Positions 62,379-64,000 of a stretch of 64,000 nucleotides of DNA are shown here, piece after piece. Origin of the DNA: Lama guanicoe (Eukaryota); the NCBI GenBank assembly GCA_013239625.1, contig MU054117.1:4392677-4456676 (forward strand), in the 5' to 3' direction. Within the stretch, counting starts at the first letter, position 1; each line of letters starts with the position of its first letter. A model generated the notes under the pieces. It ran no database searches. It was not told the DNA's origin and worked only from the letters and a program-made list of their open reading frames with translations. The translations under genes and the position numbers were made by a program.

Positions 62379-63175
62379 TTGTGAGTCTGTTGCCATCTCA
62401 CTCCCAAGGCTGAGGACCACCCCCTCCCTTGGGAAGGTTCTGCAGCATCCCTAGCTCACACACCACACACATCTCGTTAATTCTTAGGCAGTGAAGGTCA
62501 CCAAACCACAATGTTCCATCTCTGTCTCCAGCCCCGCTCCCAGCCTTGGAAGGTGCCCTCTCTCCTCAGTACAGAGGGAAGTTCCTTCCTCCTGATAAGC
62601 CCAGGATCAAAATCCAGCTCTTCCCTTACAATCTGTCAGCCCTTGAGAGGATCATGCAGCCTCCTTGGGCTTCAGCTCTTCCTGGGTGAAGCAGGGTGCC
62701 TTTACCTCTCCCAACATCTCAGAGCTGCCGCAGGGGTGCAGAGATAACAAGGGAATGGTGCCAGCACTTTGCCAGGAACACGGGAGGTGCTCAACGTCAC
62801 CAAGACACTCTGAATTTCAGCAAATATGCCACCATCCTTCCCTTTTCTACAGGCTTTGTTTCTTACAAAGCATCTTCTGGGTCATCATTTCTCTTGAAGC
62901 TTCGGAGCTCCCAGAGCGTTGCCCGGACCCAGAGCAATGGAGCACCACTGGAGAAGCGCGAAGACTCTCTCCATCCACCAGGCTGCCCCGGGGAGAGACC
63001 ATGGAGAAGCCGAGGGAACCTCTGTGTCGTGGAGAGGCCATTCCCCACCTTGCTCTCTGCTCAGGCACCGTCCTAAGGATAGGAGACCTCCCCCAACCTC
63101 TGCCGTCCCCACATGCCAAGGCTGAGCTACGCTGGCCCCTGCTCTGAATTCCCCGCCTCAGCGCCCAGGACTCAC

Positions 63176-63340
63176 CGATGAGCGAGAAGGAGTGTTTCTG
63201 GCAGTCTCCAGCCAGGAGGTAACTGCAGCTGCCCGCAAAGCTGTACATGCTCTCATCAAAGGTGCTGACAAAGTTGTCGCCGAAGAGGCTGCATCGGGCC
63301 ATGGACAGCCTGCCAGGAGTCCCTTCTCCACAAAGGGCCC
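63176..63340 (-). CDS. VWF: VWF exon 3 (165 nt)
   Basis: ctccctccag|GGGCCC...ATCG|gtgagt; [55 protein letters not shown]. Confidence 0.97.
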
Positions 63341-63441
63341 CTGGAGGGAGAGAAGCCATGAGTGAGCACAGCTAGGGCCACCAGCCCAGACCACTCCAGC
63401 CTGGCAGTGGGGAGGCTGCACCTGTTAGAAACCGGACTCTG

Positions 63442-63572
63442 AGGGGGAGAGGACCGCTCGGTGGTAGAGCCCCTGCCTAGCATGCACAAGGCCCTGGGTT
63501 CAATCCCCAGTGCCCCACTTAGATAAATAAACCTAATTACCTCCTCCCCTGAAAACAAAAGAAAAGAAAAGA
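63442..63572 (+). mobile_element. tRNA-derived SINE (Vic-1-like, long form)
   Basis: gctcggtggtagagc...ctgggttcaatccccag...taaacctaattacctcc plus (GAAAA)n tail. Confidence 0.9.
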
Positions 63573-64000
63573 AAATCAGGCTCTGGAGAAGTCCTTTCCA
63601 TCCCAAACAAGACTGAAGTGCTGCTTTCAGCCCCAGATACGACCCAGGACTCAGCAGTAACACAGGGGCTGTTTTTCAGGAAATCCATCCACTCTGATGA
63701 CATGTGTTCACCGACTTTAAATGCACTGCATGCTTAATATAGAAAATTTGGAGAATATGGAAGAAATAATAAAAAGAAGTTAAAACCATGTGTGACCAAC
63801 CTTCAGCAATAACCAGAGTTAACGTTTTACTGTTTCTCTTTTATTTCTATTTTGCAGCACATACGTAACTACAGATTTTCGGGGATAAATTTGTCCTTAT
63901 ACTGGGCAAACTATTTACAACCTGTTTATTTCTCAATATACTGTGAAAAATTCATCAGGCCGTACTTCCAAAACATGGTTTTCAGCGGCTGCGTTATATT

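Larger units (their letters stand above)
1530..63340 (-). other. VWF: von Willebrand factor gene, partial (exons 3-20; signal peptide end, D1-D2 propeptide, D', start of D3)
   Basis: 18 exons with GT-AG ends join into one open frame of 2627 nt. Exon lengths 165/103/209/122/217/123/112/47/137/139/101/196/216/241/95/161/104/139 match recalled human VWF exons 3-20 except exon 6. Two CGLC motifs and the RSKR furin site are present. Confidence 0.99.

Noticed and set aside
1530..63340. VWF pseudogene or a mucin/otogelin-type VWD paralog
   Set aside because: All 18 exons are intact with conserved phases and VWF-specific sequence. The known human pseudogene covers only exons 23-34.

Overview
This is mammalian genomic DNA lying entirely inside the von Willebrand factor gene (VWF) on the minus strand. 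I mapped 18 consecutive coding exons (human numbering 3-20; 63340 down to 1530). All have GT-AG boundaries, consistent phases and no stop codons. They total 2627 nt versus 2630 for the human region as I recall it; the difference is one missing codon in exon 6. They encode the end of the signal peptide, the D1-D2 propeptide, the RSKR|S furin site, D' and the start of D3. The start-codon exon and exon 21 onward lie outside the window. Six tRNA-derived SINEs resembling the camelid Vic-1 family suggest camel, alpaca or llama (inference). Introns hold ERV1 solo LTRs, MaLR and MER21 LTRs, L1, L2 and MIR fragments, and DNA-transposon relics; family names are from memory of consensus sequences and need Dfam/RepeatMasker confirmation. 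I found no convincing new multi-gene system, and nearly all tracked ORFs are noise. The best leads are a duplicated exon-11 splice acceptor that would introduce a premature stop, a MER41-like LTR with an intact STAT/GAS motif, divergently oriented CTCF motifs, uniform antisense LTR orientation, and a few protein changes (propeptide RGD lost, S766F-equivalent, one-codon deletion).
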